DNA of 31,426 nucleotides, counting the filler, from Pristiophorus japonicus (taxonomy: Eukaryota): NCBI RefSeq assembly GCF_044704955.1. It is 2 parts of 2 records of this genome, joined end to end, with 100 filler letters (N's around TTAATTAATTAA, not from the genome) between each part and the next. Parts side by side here need not be neighbours in the genome. Positions count along the whole stretch, not along the records: positions 10,642 to 31,426 come from NW_027254382.1; 1 more part is not named here. One strand, given 5' to 3'. A program made the translations under genes and the position numbers. Below, one piece after another: positions 22,270 to 31,426 of the stretch; the first letter of the stretch is position 1; each line of letters opens with the position of its first letter. Under the pieces are notes generated by a model that was not told the DNA's origin, made no database searches, and saw nothing but the letters and a program-made list of their open reading frames with translations.

Positions 22270-25200
22270 ATTTAGAACATTGTGTTCAGTTCCATGCACC
22301 GCGCTGCAGGATGGATATACCGGCTTTAGAGCGGGTGCAATGCAAATTCACCCGAATCATACCGCGGCTAAAATGGTTAAATAATGAGGACAGGTAGCAC
22401 AGAATAGGCTTGTATTACTTTGCATTTTGAAGGTAAAGAGGTGATCTAAGTTGTTTAACTTGATAAACGGAATTGTTAGGGTAGAGAGAAAATATTTCCT
22501 TGGTGCGGGGTTGAGAACAAGGGGCAGAAACTTTAAATTCAAGCGAGCCCATTGGGGAATGAGGTCAGGAAGGATTCTTTCACACAAATGATAATAGTAA
22601 TCTGGAAATCTCTCCCCCAACAGCTGTTGAGGCGGAGGATCAATTGAAAATGTCAAAACTGAGATCGATACATCTTTGTTAGGCAAGGGCATCAGGGGTT
22701 ACAGAAATGTGGCAGATCGATGATATTGAGGTATAGTATTGTGTTCCTAACACAGATGAGACTTCAGAGGAAGGTTAAAGTAACAGTGACCTCAGTTTTT
22801 ATTAAGACGCTCCAGAGTGAGTAACAGACCTTCGGCGCCAGTTTATATACAGTGCTCTCAAGGGATGCTGGGATCCCTTGGGACTTCTTGGGATGCGCTC
22901 CCTGCTGGCGGAACATGGGAGTGCATGCTTTACAGATGCACAGCATCACTCCCCCCCAAAATCAAAATGAAACCTATTTACAAGGTGAGGCGGTCGGGAG
23001 CCTTTCTTTCCCTGGTGGACGGCCTTGATACAAATATCGGTTCTGGTGTGTTGGCTGCGCCCTCGTTGGGCTGTTGTGTTGTTGGCCCTGCAGACCTGCT
23101 GGGTGAGCCTGGCCTTGCTGGGCTGTTGGGCGTGATGGGTTCGATTTCCTGGTCCGGCGTGGTGTTGCTGATCCTTTTGGTGTGTGTTATGCGCTCGAAA
23201 AGCTGGTGTCTGTTGTGGGTTGTTCAGGGCAGTCTCTGAACCACAGCCTCGTTTGGTCCATGTGCTTCTGCAAATTTGTCCATTGTCTAGTTTGAGTACA
23301 AACATCCTACTCCCTTCGTTAGCTATCACCCTGCCCGCGATCCACTTGGTACCATGTCTATAGTTTAACACAGGGTCATTCAGATCAATTTCCCCTGACA
23401 CAGTGGCGCGACCATCGTTTACATTTTTTGCTGCCGCCTGTTCTCTACCTGGTCATGCAGGTTGGGGTGAACCAGTGAGAGTCTGGTTTTAAGTGTCCTT
23501 TTGATGAGTAGCTCAGCCGGGGGAACTCCTGTGAGTGAGTGGGGTCACGTGCAGTAGCTGAGCAGTACTCGGGACAGGCGGGTTTGGAGTAAGCCTTCTG
23601 TGAATTGTTTGAGGCTCTGTTTGATTGTTTGTACTGCCCGCTCTGCCTGCCCATTGGAGGATGGTTCAAACGTGGCGGAGGTGACATGTTTGATTCCATT
23701 GCGGGTCATGAATTCTTTAAAATCGGCACTGGTGAAACATGGCCCGTTGTCACTGACCAGTATGTCAGGCTGGCCGTGGGCGGCAAACATGGCCCTCAGG
23801 CTTTCAATGATGGCGGTGGCGGTGCTTCCCAACATTATTTCACATTCAATCCATCTTGAAAAATCATCCACCACCACCAGGAACATTATACCGTGAAACG
23901 GGCCCGCATAGTCGACATGGATCCTCGATCATGGTCTGGAGGGCCAGGACCACAAACTTAGTGGTGCCTCTCTGGGCGTGTTGCTCAACTGAGCACACAT
24001 GCTGCATTGGCGTCCACAAGACTGTAAGTCAGAGTCGGTACCGGGCCACCACACGTGGGATCTGGCTATCGGTTTCATCATTACTATACCCGGTGGTATG
24101 CTTTGGAGATCCGAGATGAACGTCTCCCTGCCCTTTTTGGGTAGCACTACGTGGTTACTGAACAACAGACAGTCTGCCTGAATGGACAGCTTGTCCTTTT
24201 GCCGCTGGAACGGCTTGATTAGCTTTTGCATTTCAACGGGTTTGCTGGCCCAGCTCGCATGCAGTACACAGTTTTTTACTAGGGACAGAAGAGGTTCTTG
24301 GCTGGTCCAAGTCCGAATCTGGTGGTCCGTGATCGGTGATTTATCATTTTCAAACGCTTCCATGCTCATCAACAAGTCTGCGGGTTGCGCCACCGTCAAT
24401 AAGTTTGCAGGCTGCGCCATTTACGCCCCCATGGTGGGCAATGGTAGCCAACTGAGAGCAACTGCACAGTTATCGGTGCCTGGCCTGTGGCGGATGGTAT
24501 AGTTATACGCTGATAGCGCGAGTGCCCACCTTTGTATGCGGGATGAGTCATTAGTATTTATCCCCTTGTTTTCAATGAACAGGGATATGAGGGGCTTGTG
24601 TTCGGTTTCCAGCTCAAATATGAGGCCAAACAGTTACTGATGCATTTTCTTTACCCCGAACACACACGGTAATGCCTTTTTCTCAATCATTCTGTAGGCC
24701 CGCTCGGCCTTAGACAAGCTCCTGGAGGCATCGGCGACAGGTTGCAACTTCTGCGCGTTGTTAGCTTGTTGTAATACACACTCGACTCTGTACGACGACG
24801 CATCATATGCTACCACAAGTCTTTTCCACGGGTTATGCAATATAAGCAGCTTGATGGAGCATAAAATATTTCTGGCTTTCTCAAAAGCAATTACTTTTTT
24901 TTTCCTCATAACCAGTTCTCACCTTTAGGCAATAACACATGTAGGGGCTCTAAGAGGGTGCTTAACCCCGGTAGGAAGTAACCAAAATAGTTGAGGAGTC
25001 CCAGGAACGACCGCAGCTCCATGACGTTCTGTGTCCTGGGAGCGTTCCTGACAGCCCCTGTCTTGGCATCTGTGGGCCAAATGCCATCCGCCGTGATCCT
25101 TCTCCCCAAAAACACAACTTCTGTTGCCATCAAGATGCATTTCGACCTTTTCAGCCCCAGCCCTATGCGATCCAGTCGCTGAAGGACCTCCTCCAAGTTT

Positions 25201-27400
25201 TGTAGGTGCTCGATCGTGTTCCGACCTTTGACCAATATGTCGTCCTGAAAAACCACCGTGCGCGGTACTGACTTGAGTAGGCTCTCCGTGTTTCTCAGGA
25301 AGATCGTTGCAGCCGACCGAGTTCAAATGGATATCTGTTGTAGATGAGCAATCCTTTTGTGTGTTGATGCAGGTGAGGCCATTCGAAGACTCCTCCAGCT
25401 CTTGCATCATGTCGGCCGAAGTCAGGTCGAGCTTGGCCAACATCTTGCCTCCTGCCAGCGTCACAAATATGTCATCTGCCTTAGGTAGTGGGTATTTGTC
25501 CTGTAGAGAGAAACGATTAATAGTTACTTTATAATCGCCACAAATCCTGACCGTGCCATCACCTTTGAGTAATGGAACAATCGGGCTAGCCCACTCGCTG
25601 AATTCTACTGGGGAGATCATGCCCTCGCGTTGCAGCCTGTCCAGCTCGATTTCCACTCTCTCCCTCATCATGTGCAGTATCGCTCGCGCCTTGTGGTGAA
25701 AGGGTCGTGCCTCTGGGACCAAGTGGGACCTTCACCCGGAAAAGTTTCCAATGCCTGGTTCAAAAAGAAAGGACAGTTTTTAAGAACCTGGGTACATGAG
25801 GCCTCATCGACATGTGATAGCGCTCGGATGTCATCATAGTTCCGGCGGATTTTGCCCAGCCAGCTCCTTCCAAGCAGTGTGGGGTCATCCCCCGAGACAT
25901 TCCAGAGTGGCAGTTCATGCACCATGCCCTCGTAGGTGACCTTGACGATGGCGCTGCCCAGGACAGTGATAAGCTCTTTGGTGCAGGTTATATGTTTCGT
26001 GTGGATGGGGCTCAGGGATGGTCTGAGTGCCGTGTTGCACCACAGTCTCTGAAACATCTTTTTACTCATGGTCGATTGGCTTGCGCCAGTGTCCAGTTCA
26101 ATGGCTACGGGTAAGCAATTCTATTTCATATTTAGCATTATAGGTGGACATTTAATCCAAAATGTGTGAACCCATTGTATTTCAGCATCTGCCTCCTCTC
26201 TCTGTGCCTCGAAATAGCTTTGATCCACCATGGACCGATCTTCCTCTGCCACGTGGTGGTTAGCACGTTTTGCCGAGCTTGCAGCTCATCTGCAAGCTCG
26301 TTGGAGGTGTTCCATTGTTCCACAGCTCTTGCAATCATACCCTTTGAAGCGGCATGAATAGGCTGAATGGAAGCCTCCACAAAGCCATCAATGTGGAATT
26401 GCCTTGCATTCATCCTTTGTTGCGGGCTCTGAGTCATCTGGGTCACCTGAGGCCTTCTGGCAGTTGCAGACTCGTGGGTTCTGCCCTGTACATTGCTGCT
26501 CGAAAACACAGTTCCAGTTAATTTATGAACATTGCTAGCACTTGTGTACTGAGACATTTGTTTGCTGTTTTCACTGGTGGACATAAACGCCTGTGCTATC
26601 GCAATGGCCTTAATGAGGGTAGGTGTCTCTACAGATCAAAAGTTTCATAGGATGGTCTCGTGGCCAATACCCAGTACAACAAATCTGAGCATTTGCTCCA
26701 GGTAGCCATTCAACTCACATTGTCCTGCAAGTTGCCTTAGCTCAGCGACACAGCTCGCCAAGTCCTGACATTCAGATCGCTTGCACGGGTAGAACCGATA
26801 CCTCGCCATCAACACGCTCTCCCTCAGGTTAAGATGCTCCCGAACCAGTGTACAGTGCTCCTCATGTGACATATCTGTGAGTTTCATCAGAACCAGAAGT
26901 CTCTTCATGAGGCTGTAGGTCGGTGCCCCGCACATCATGAGGAGGACCGCTCTCGTTTTTCCAGTGCTTCCTTCTACATCCAGCTCGTTGGCTACAAAGT
27001 ACTGGTCTAGATGTTCGACATAGGCTTCCCAGTCCTCACCATCCGCGAAATTCTCCAGGATGCCCACAGTTTGGTGCATCTTTGCGTAGGATTCGTATAC
27101 TCGTCTCCAGTTATTGTGTTCCAAACACAGATGAGACTGCACACAGGGAGGTTAAAGTAACAGTGACCTCAGTCTTTATTAAGACACTCCAGAATGATTA
27201 ACAGGCCTTAGAGGCCAGCTTATATACAGTGCTCCCAAGGGATGCTGGGATCCCTTGCGACTTCAGAGGATGCGCTGCCTTGTATCGGAACATGGGAATG
27301 CATGCTATACAGATACACAACATGCAGGTCATCCAAGAACTAATTGAATGGAGGAACAGGCTTGATGGACTGAATGTCATATTTCCTTCTAACATTTTTT
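22270..27400 (+). mobile_element. Decayed CR1 3' end (22270-22736 + 27323-27400) split by Gypsy element 2
   Basis: The 3' UTR ..TTGAGGTATAG | TGCAGGTCATCCAAGAACTAATTGAATGGAGGAACAGGC reads through once the Gypsy is removed. Confidence 0.7.
22737..27322 (-). mobile_element. Full-length but degenerate Ty3/Gypsy LTR element in the Cmu2-Cmu3 intron
   Basis: LTRs at 22737-22945 and 27112-27322, PBS TGGAGACGAG (minus, 27109-27100), PPT GGGGGGGAGTGA, TSD TATAG/TGCAG. Fragmented gag, LDTGA, RT VFQDD, RNase H and integrase (SDNGPCFTS, NGQAER) are homologous to element 1. Confidence 0.95.
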
Positions 27401-28018
27401 AACGAGGCATGATAAAGGCTCACTAATGAAAGAAATGAAAAAACTACTTCACACCAACATTACACATGATTCCCAAACTCATTCTCCCGACCTTTCACTT
27501 CTCCTTGGACGGGGGCTGCAAGTGCTGCTTGTACATTTTCATCGCCCCAAGAATCACAAGACACCAGGATATTAACTTTATTTCGTTTCGATTCTAAAAT
27601 CCTGAGTTGGATTTGTTATTCGTTTTGAGCCAGTGTAAGTTTCGTGTTGAGCTCTTGAACCTGGGGCAGAGTCATTTTTAGAACGGTGATAACGTTTGGG
27701 CACAAGGATCTTTAGTCGGGCGTAATGGAACAAGGGTTTTCGGGAAGAGCGCTATTCAGTTCATAATAATATTGTGCACGAATGTATTTAATGTTTTACG
27801 CCGGGTATTTGCTTCACAGCACATTACAGGTGGCTCTGGATGTAAACACAAAGAAAATGTTAAAGAGTCTCCTGGACACGTTTCCAATCTGTTGTCCTTC
27901 CAATAACGATTTGTTTAAGCGACAGCGAGTGCGTGATATCTCAAAGGTGATTTATTCTTCTTGGGGGAATGAAGGCTGCATGCTGTTACCCTGATTGTGA
28001 AGATGAAGATTGGCTTGA

Positions 28019-28298
28019 TTTATATCCAATGCACCGATCCAGAAATCACTGTTCTGCAACCGTCAGTAGAACAGGTCTTACTTGAGACAGTATCCTGTGT
28101 CGTGTCTAATGGTCCTGATGCAATCAAAGTGTCCAGGACTCGAGAAAAGGAAATCGTCGAAGTTGGCGAAGCTCCCAACAGTGACATCAGCAACATAAAC
28201 ATCTCTAAACAAACCTGGCTAAGCGGTGATGAGTTCTGGTCCTTGATGAGGCACCATTATTATAGCGACTATAAGAGATTCCATCCGCAAGGGAAAGG
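28019..28298 (+). pseudogene. IGHM: IgM heavy-chain Cmu3 pseudo-exon
   Basis: CTDPEITVLQPSVEQVLLETVSCVVSNGPDAIKVSRTREK..DISNINISKQTWLSGDEFWSLMRH/..IRDSIRKGK parallels shark Cmu3 ([77 protein letters not shown]). Core Trp and second Cys are lost, with deletions, a frameshift, no AG acceptor and donor G|ATGAGC. The start coordinate is approximate. Confidence 0.85.
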
Positions 28299-28775
28299 AT
28301 GAGCGGAGAAATTGTAGCAACAAGTGAGACGTTCTGACTATTTCCGTGCATGTGCTAATTGGCTCTATTAAGTGTATTAATGGACTGTTCTGATAATTGA
28401 AATGTTGATTCCACTAAATAATCGGACTGGGACCCGAAATGATGCACTTAAGTGGAATCTGGATATGTCGATGAGGGAAAAAGGGAAATATATTTTATTT
28501 GTGTTCGATAAAATTAGGTGGACGAGGCTCGTTTGGAGCATAAATGACCAGTTGGGAAGAAAATGCTATGTTATTTTCCAGTCCTACACCTAAAGCACCC
28601 AGAGTGATGGATTGCATCCCCCTCTGCTCCGTGCTGTAAAGCAGACAGGCCACAGAGGGGAAAAAGGGAATCCTTTAAAAATCAGCACAAAGCACATTTC
28701 TCTCACATCGAACCACCAGTTTCTTTGTCTCTGGAATTATCCAGTTTATTGACCTTTAATGTAATTGTTCTGCAG

Positions 28776-29167
28776 CTAAAGATCCGCGGGAACCGGCCGT
28801 GTCTGTCCTCCTGCCCTCGGCAGAAGAAGTCTCCGTTCAAACTTTCTTAGCCTTCAACTGCTTAATGAGAGGTTTCTCCCCCCAAGAAATCTTCGTCAAA
28901 TGGACCGTCAATGACAAGCCGATGGATTCCGGCAACTACAAGAACACCGAGGTGATGGCGGAGAACGGCAGCAGCTCCTTCTTCATCTACAGCCTGCTAT
29001 CCATTGCAGCCGAGGAGTGGGCCAGCGGCGTTTCTTACTCCTGTGTGATGAGACATGAAGCGATCCCCTTGAAGATCACCAACAGAACCGTCAATAAGTC
29101 CAGTGGTAAACCGACTTTTGTGAAGATTTCTTTTAAGCTGGTAGATACGGTGAATTCTTGTCAATGA
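28776..29167 (+). CDS. IGHM: IgM heavy-chain Cmu4 + secretory tailpiece exon (open frame)
   Basis: Acceptor TTGTTCTGCAG|, phase 1, reading (A)[94 protein letters not shown]. This is close to horn/nurse shark Cmu4. The internal donor for the membrane form, AGTG|GTAAA, follows 29105. Confidence 0.93.
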
Positions 29168-29195
29168 GAATCTCTCGATTGCATTAAAATTCTTA

Positions 29196-29201
29196 AATAA
29201 A
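29196..29201 (+). terminator. Poly(A) signal for the secreted mu form
   Basis: AATAAA ~30 nt after the tailpiece stop, followed by T-rich sequence. Confidence 0.75.
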
Positions 29202-29609
29202 ATACTGTAACGGCCTTTTCTTCCAATTGCGAGTTAAATACATAGCCACTCAATTAATATTGTTTTGCTACCCATTTTTGCGAACGCGGGAGGCTGCTAA
29301 ACTTAAGCAGGCTATTTACAGGAGTCGGGTCCAAGGCTTGTAAAGCCAAAGTTCCCAGCTCAGATAAACCACTGGTTGGAGACAGGGTGAAGCTCTTTCA
29401 TGACAGGTTTCCTCAAAATAACTTCAGCAACTTTCCTCCCACTGGAGGAATCTTTGACATTCCCATTTCCGACAAACAAATGCAGCCATTTAGATATTGG
29501 TGTCCCTGTTTCTCATGTTGTCCATCCCTTCAGAATTGAGGCCAGTTTTATTTTGAAGCTTCGCATCTTCTGCAAACTGAAAAGAGAGTCAGACACGTAC
29601 ATGAACTGC

Positions 29610-29975
29610 ACCTCCCATTATCACACCAGAAAGAGAGGACAGGGAATGGTTAACCCACTGTCCCTTCAACTCGCCAGCAGAGAGAGGGGAAAGCATAATG
29701 GTTAACACCCTGAACCTCACACTCAATCACCAGAGAGAGGGGAAGGACAATCGTTAACCCAATGTACCTCACACGCAACCACCAGAGAGAGGGGAAAGGA
29801 CAATTGTTAACCCAATGTACCTCACACTCAACCACCAGAGAGAGGGGAAAGGACAATTTTTAATCCAATGTACCTCAAACTCAACCACCAGAGAGAGGGG
29901 AAAGGACAATTGTTAACCCAATGTACCTCACACGCCCACCATCCGCCCCCCGTCCCTACCGCAGAGAGGGGAAGT
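29610..29975. repeat. 53-bp minisatellite, about 6-7 copies
   Basis: Unit GAGAGAGGGGAAAGGACAATTGTTAACCCAATGTACCTCACACTCAACCACCA starts at 29785, 29838 and 29891, with degenerate outer copies. Confidence 0.9.
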
Positions 29976-30329
29976 CAACCAATCTCTATTCTGTGAACTC
30001 AGTAGCAACAAGTAAAATGACAGTTTCCAACTCGCAGTCAGAAAACGTTAAACTTGCCGCATATGCATCATATTGTATAATAAATATTGTTCAACATTTT
30101 AGCTTTAACTAGTATTTGGCTAAATCTATGTCAGTTATTCGTAAACTAATTGATTGCATTTTAATAGTCAAAATGTAAACTAGTTATTCAATCCTCTGCA
30201 GGTTTTTCATGGTTATCTCCAAGATAGATCCGAGGCCCATCGTTGAATTGTTGAAATCCATCAACTGACATCACATTGCGTCTCACACAGAAACACTTTT
30301 ACATCGAGCGGGCAAGAATGCCTGTAAAT

Positions 30330-30965
30330 GTGAGTGTGTGTCTTTATGTGTACGTGTGTTCGTGGTTGTGTGTAAGTTTGCATGTTTTTGTGTAAGTGCA
30401 CACTTCCATACAAACACACCCAGACTTACAAATAAACAAACACATCTTCACACTAACACAGAATAATATAGGTATCCAGAATATAATGCACATTGTTATT
30501 TTCAGACTCAGTTACTGGTACTCTCTGAAACTTTGAGTAAACATACGCAGTCTTACACAAAGTACACAAACACAAGCATTAACACACACATTTACACACG
30601 CATAACCACACATATCAACACAAACACACATACACAAATCACACACACAAATACACACGCAGTTACACTCAAAATCACATAGTTACACATAAAAACACAA
30701 ACACAGACCTCAACATACAAAAACGCTTACATATACACATAAGGTACATGCACATTACTACACATAACACGCACACTTATATATGTAAATACACATATAC
30801 AAAAACACACAAAGACTTACATATAAACATACACACACTTACATAAACACGCGCACAATTATATATAACACATACAGTTACATATTAAAACACAAACACA
30901 GGGAAAACGAAAACAAGAGATCATGATCCACACCTATGCAAAAAGTAAAGCACACAAAACACATC
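30330..30965. repeat. Degenerate (TG)n then (CA)n low-complexity tract
   Basis: TG-rich at 30330-30400, CA-rich at 30410-30965. Confidence 0.8.
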
Positions 30966-31426
30966 AGGATATAAACATATGTGGAATTCAATGCACGTTT
31001 TATATAGACACAGCATGCAACAATTGCATTGAATAAATAATTCCTGAAAACATAATTCTCACTTTCTCAATTCCTGCACTGAATCCATGTTCTTGTTAGA
31101 AACTGATACAAGTTAATTATGTTCAGAGCACAGCCATAACAAGTAAATAAACAATATTATAACTCACAACTGATCACTTACCTTGTCTCCTTGACAGTCT
31201 CCAAATAAATAGCTATCTAAACCTATCGTTAAATTATCGATATCAATCAGTAAACCTCCCTCGATCTTACATTATACTTTCCCGAATGGTAGATCGTAGA
31301 AAATTGATGCAAGATCAATTAGCGTGTGACATTGAAGGCAACGTTCATATTTTCCAACACGGACTATATGAGAATCATAAAGGAAGAATGATTGTGGAGG
31401 TAGGAACAGAGATAGATTGCCGAGAG

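Noticed and set aside
28776-29167. Calling the Ig exons IgNAR or IgW
   Set aside because: The three exons match shark mu CH2, CH3 and CH4 motifs in order ([25 protein letters not shown]). The IgNAR tail as I recall it differs (KPSSVNVSVVLSDTVKSCT).
2251-29201. Functional linkage of the poly(A)-site regulator NUDT21 with the IgM secretory/membrane poly(A) switch
   Set aside because: The two lie on opposite sides of an artificial contig spacer, so adjacency is unproven.
29610-29975. CRISPR-like array
   Set aside because: Head-to-tail repeats with no unique spacers, in vertebrate DNA with no cas genes.
30202-30329. Exon-like segment (CTCTGCAG|...|GTGAGT) as the mu transmembrane exon
   Set aside because: Stops in all three frames and no hydrophobic TM-like peptide.
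31176-31260. Minus-strand consensus donor AAG|GTAAGT
   Set aside because: Only a short open frame with no recognisable product; likely a chance match.

Overview
Eukaryotic, repeat-rich DNA that looks like a cartilaginous fish (shark), judged from the Ig sequences and the CR1/DeuSINE/Penelope repertoire. It is two contigs joined by an artificial 100-nt spacer (N44-TTAATTAATTAA-N44, 10542-10641), so the halves cannot be assumed to be neighbours. The left part holds coding exon 1 and the CpG-island promoter of NUDT21 (minus strand, missed by the ORF track), a possible divergent first exon, a near-intact Gypsy LTR element (3302-8046, one frameshift) nested in an L2 relic, and Harbinger-like, Tx1 and SINE remnants. 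The right part holds a triplicated ~2.5-kb microsatellite/CR1/spacer unit, whose third copy is split by a younger antisense CR1, and Penelope relics. It also holds the constant region of a shark IgM heavy-chain cluster: Cmu2 and Cmu3 are decayed and lack splice sites, while Cmu4 plus secretory tail is open with a canonical acceptor and poly(A) signal. A degenerate antisense Gypsy lies in the Cmu2-Cmu3 intron. No wholly new system can be proven from sequence alone; the uneven decay of the IgM locus is the best lead. Family assignments come from remembered sequences, not database searches.
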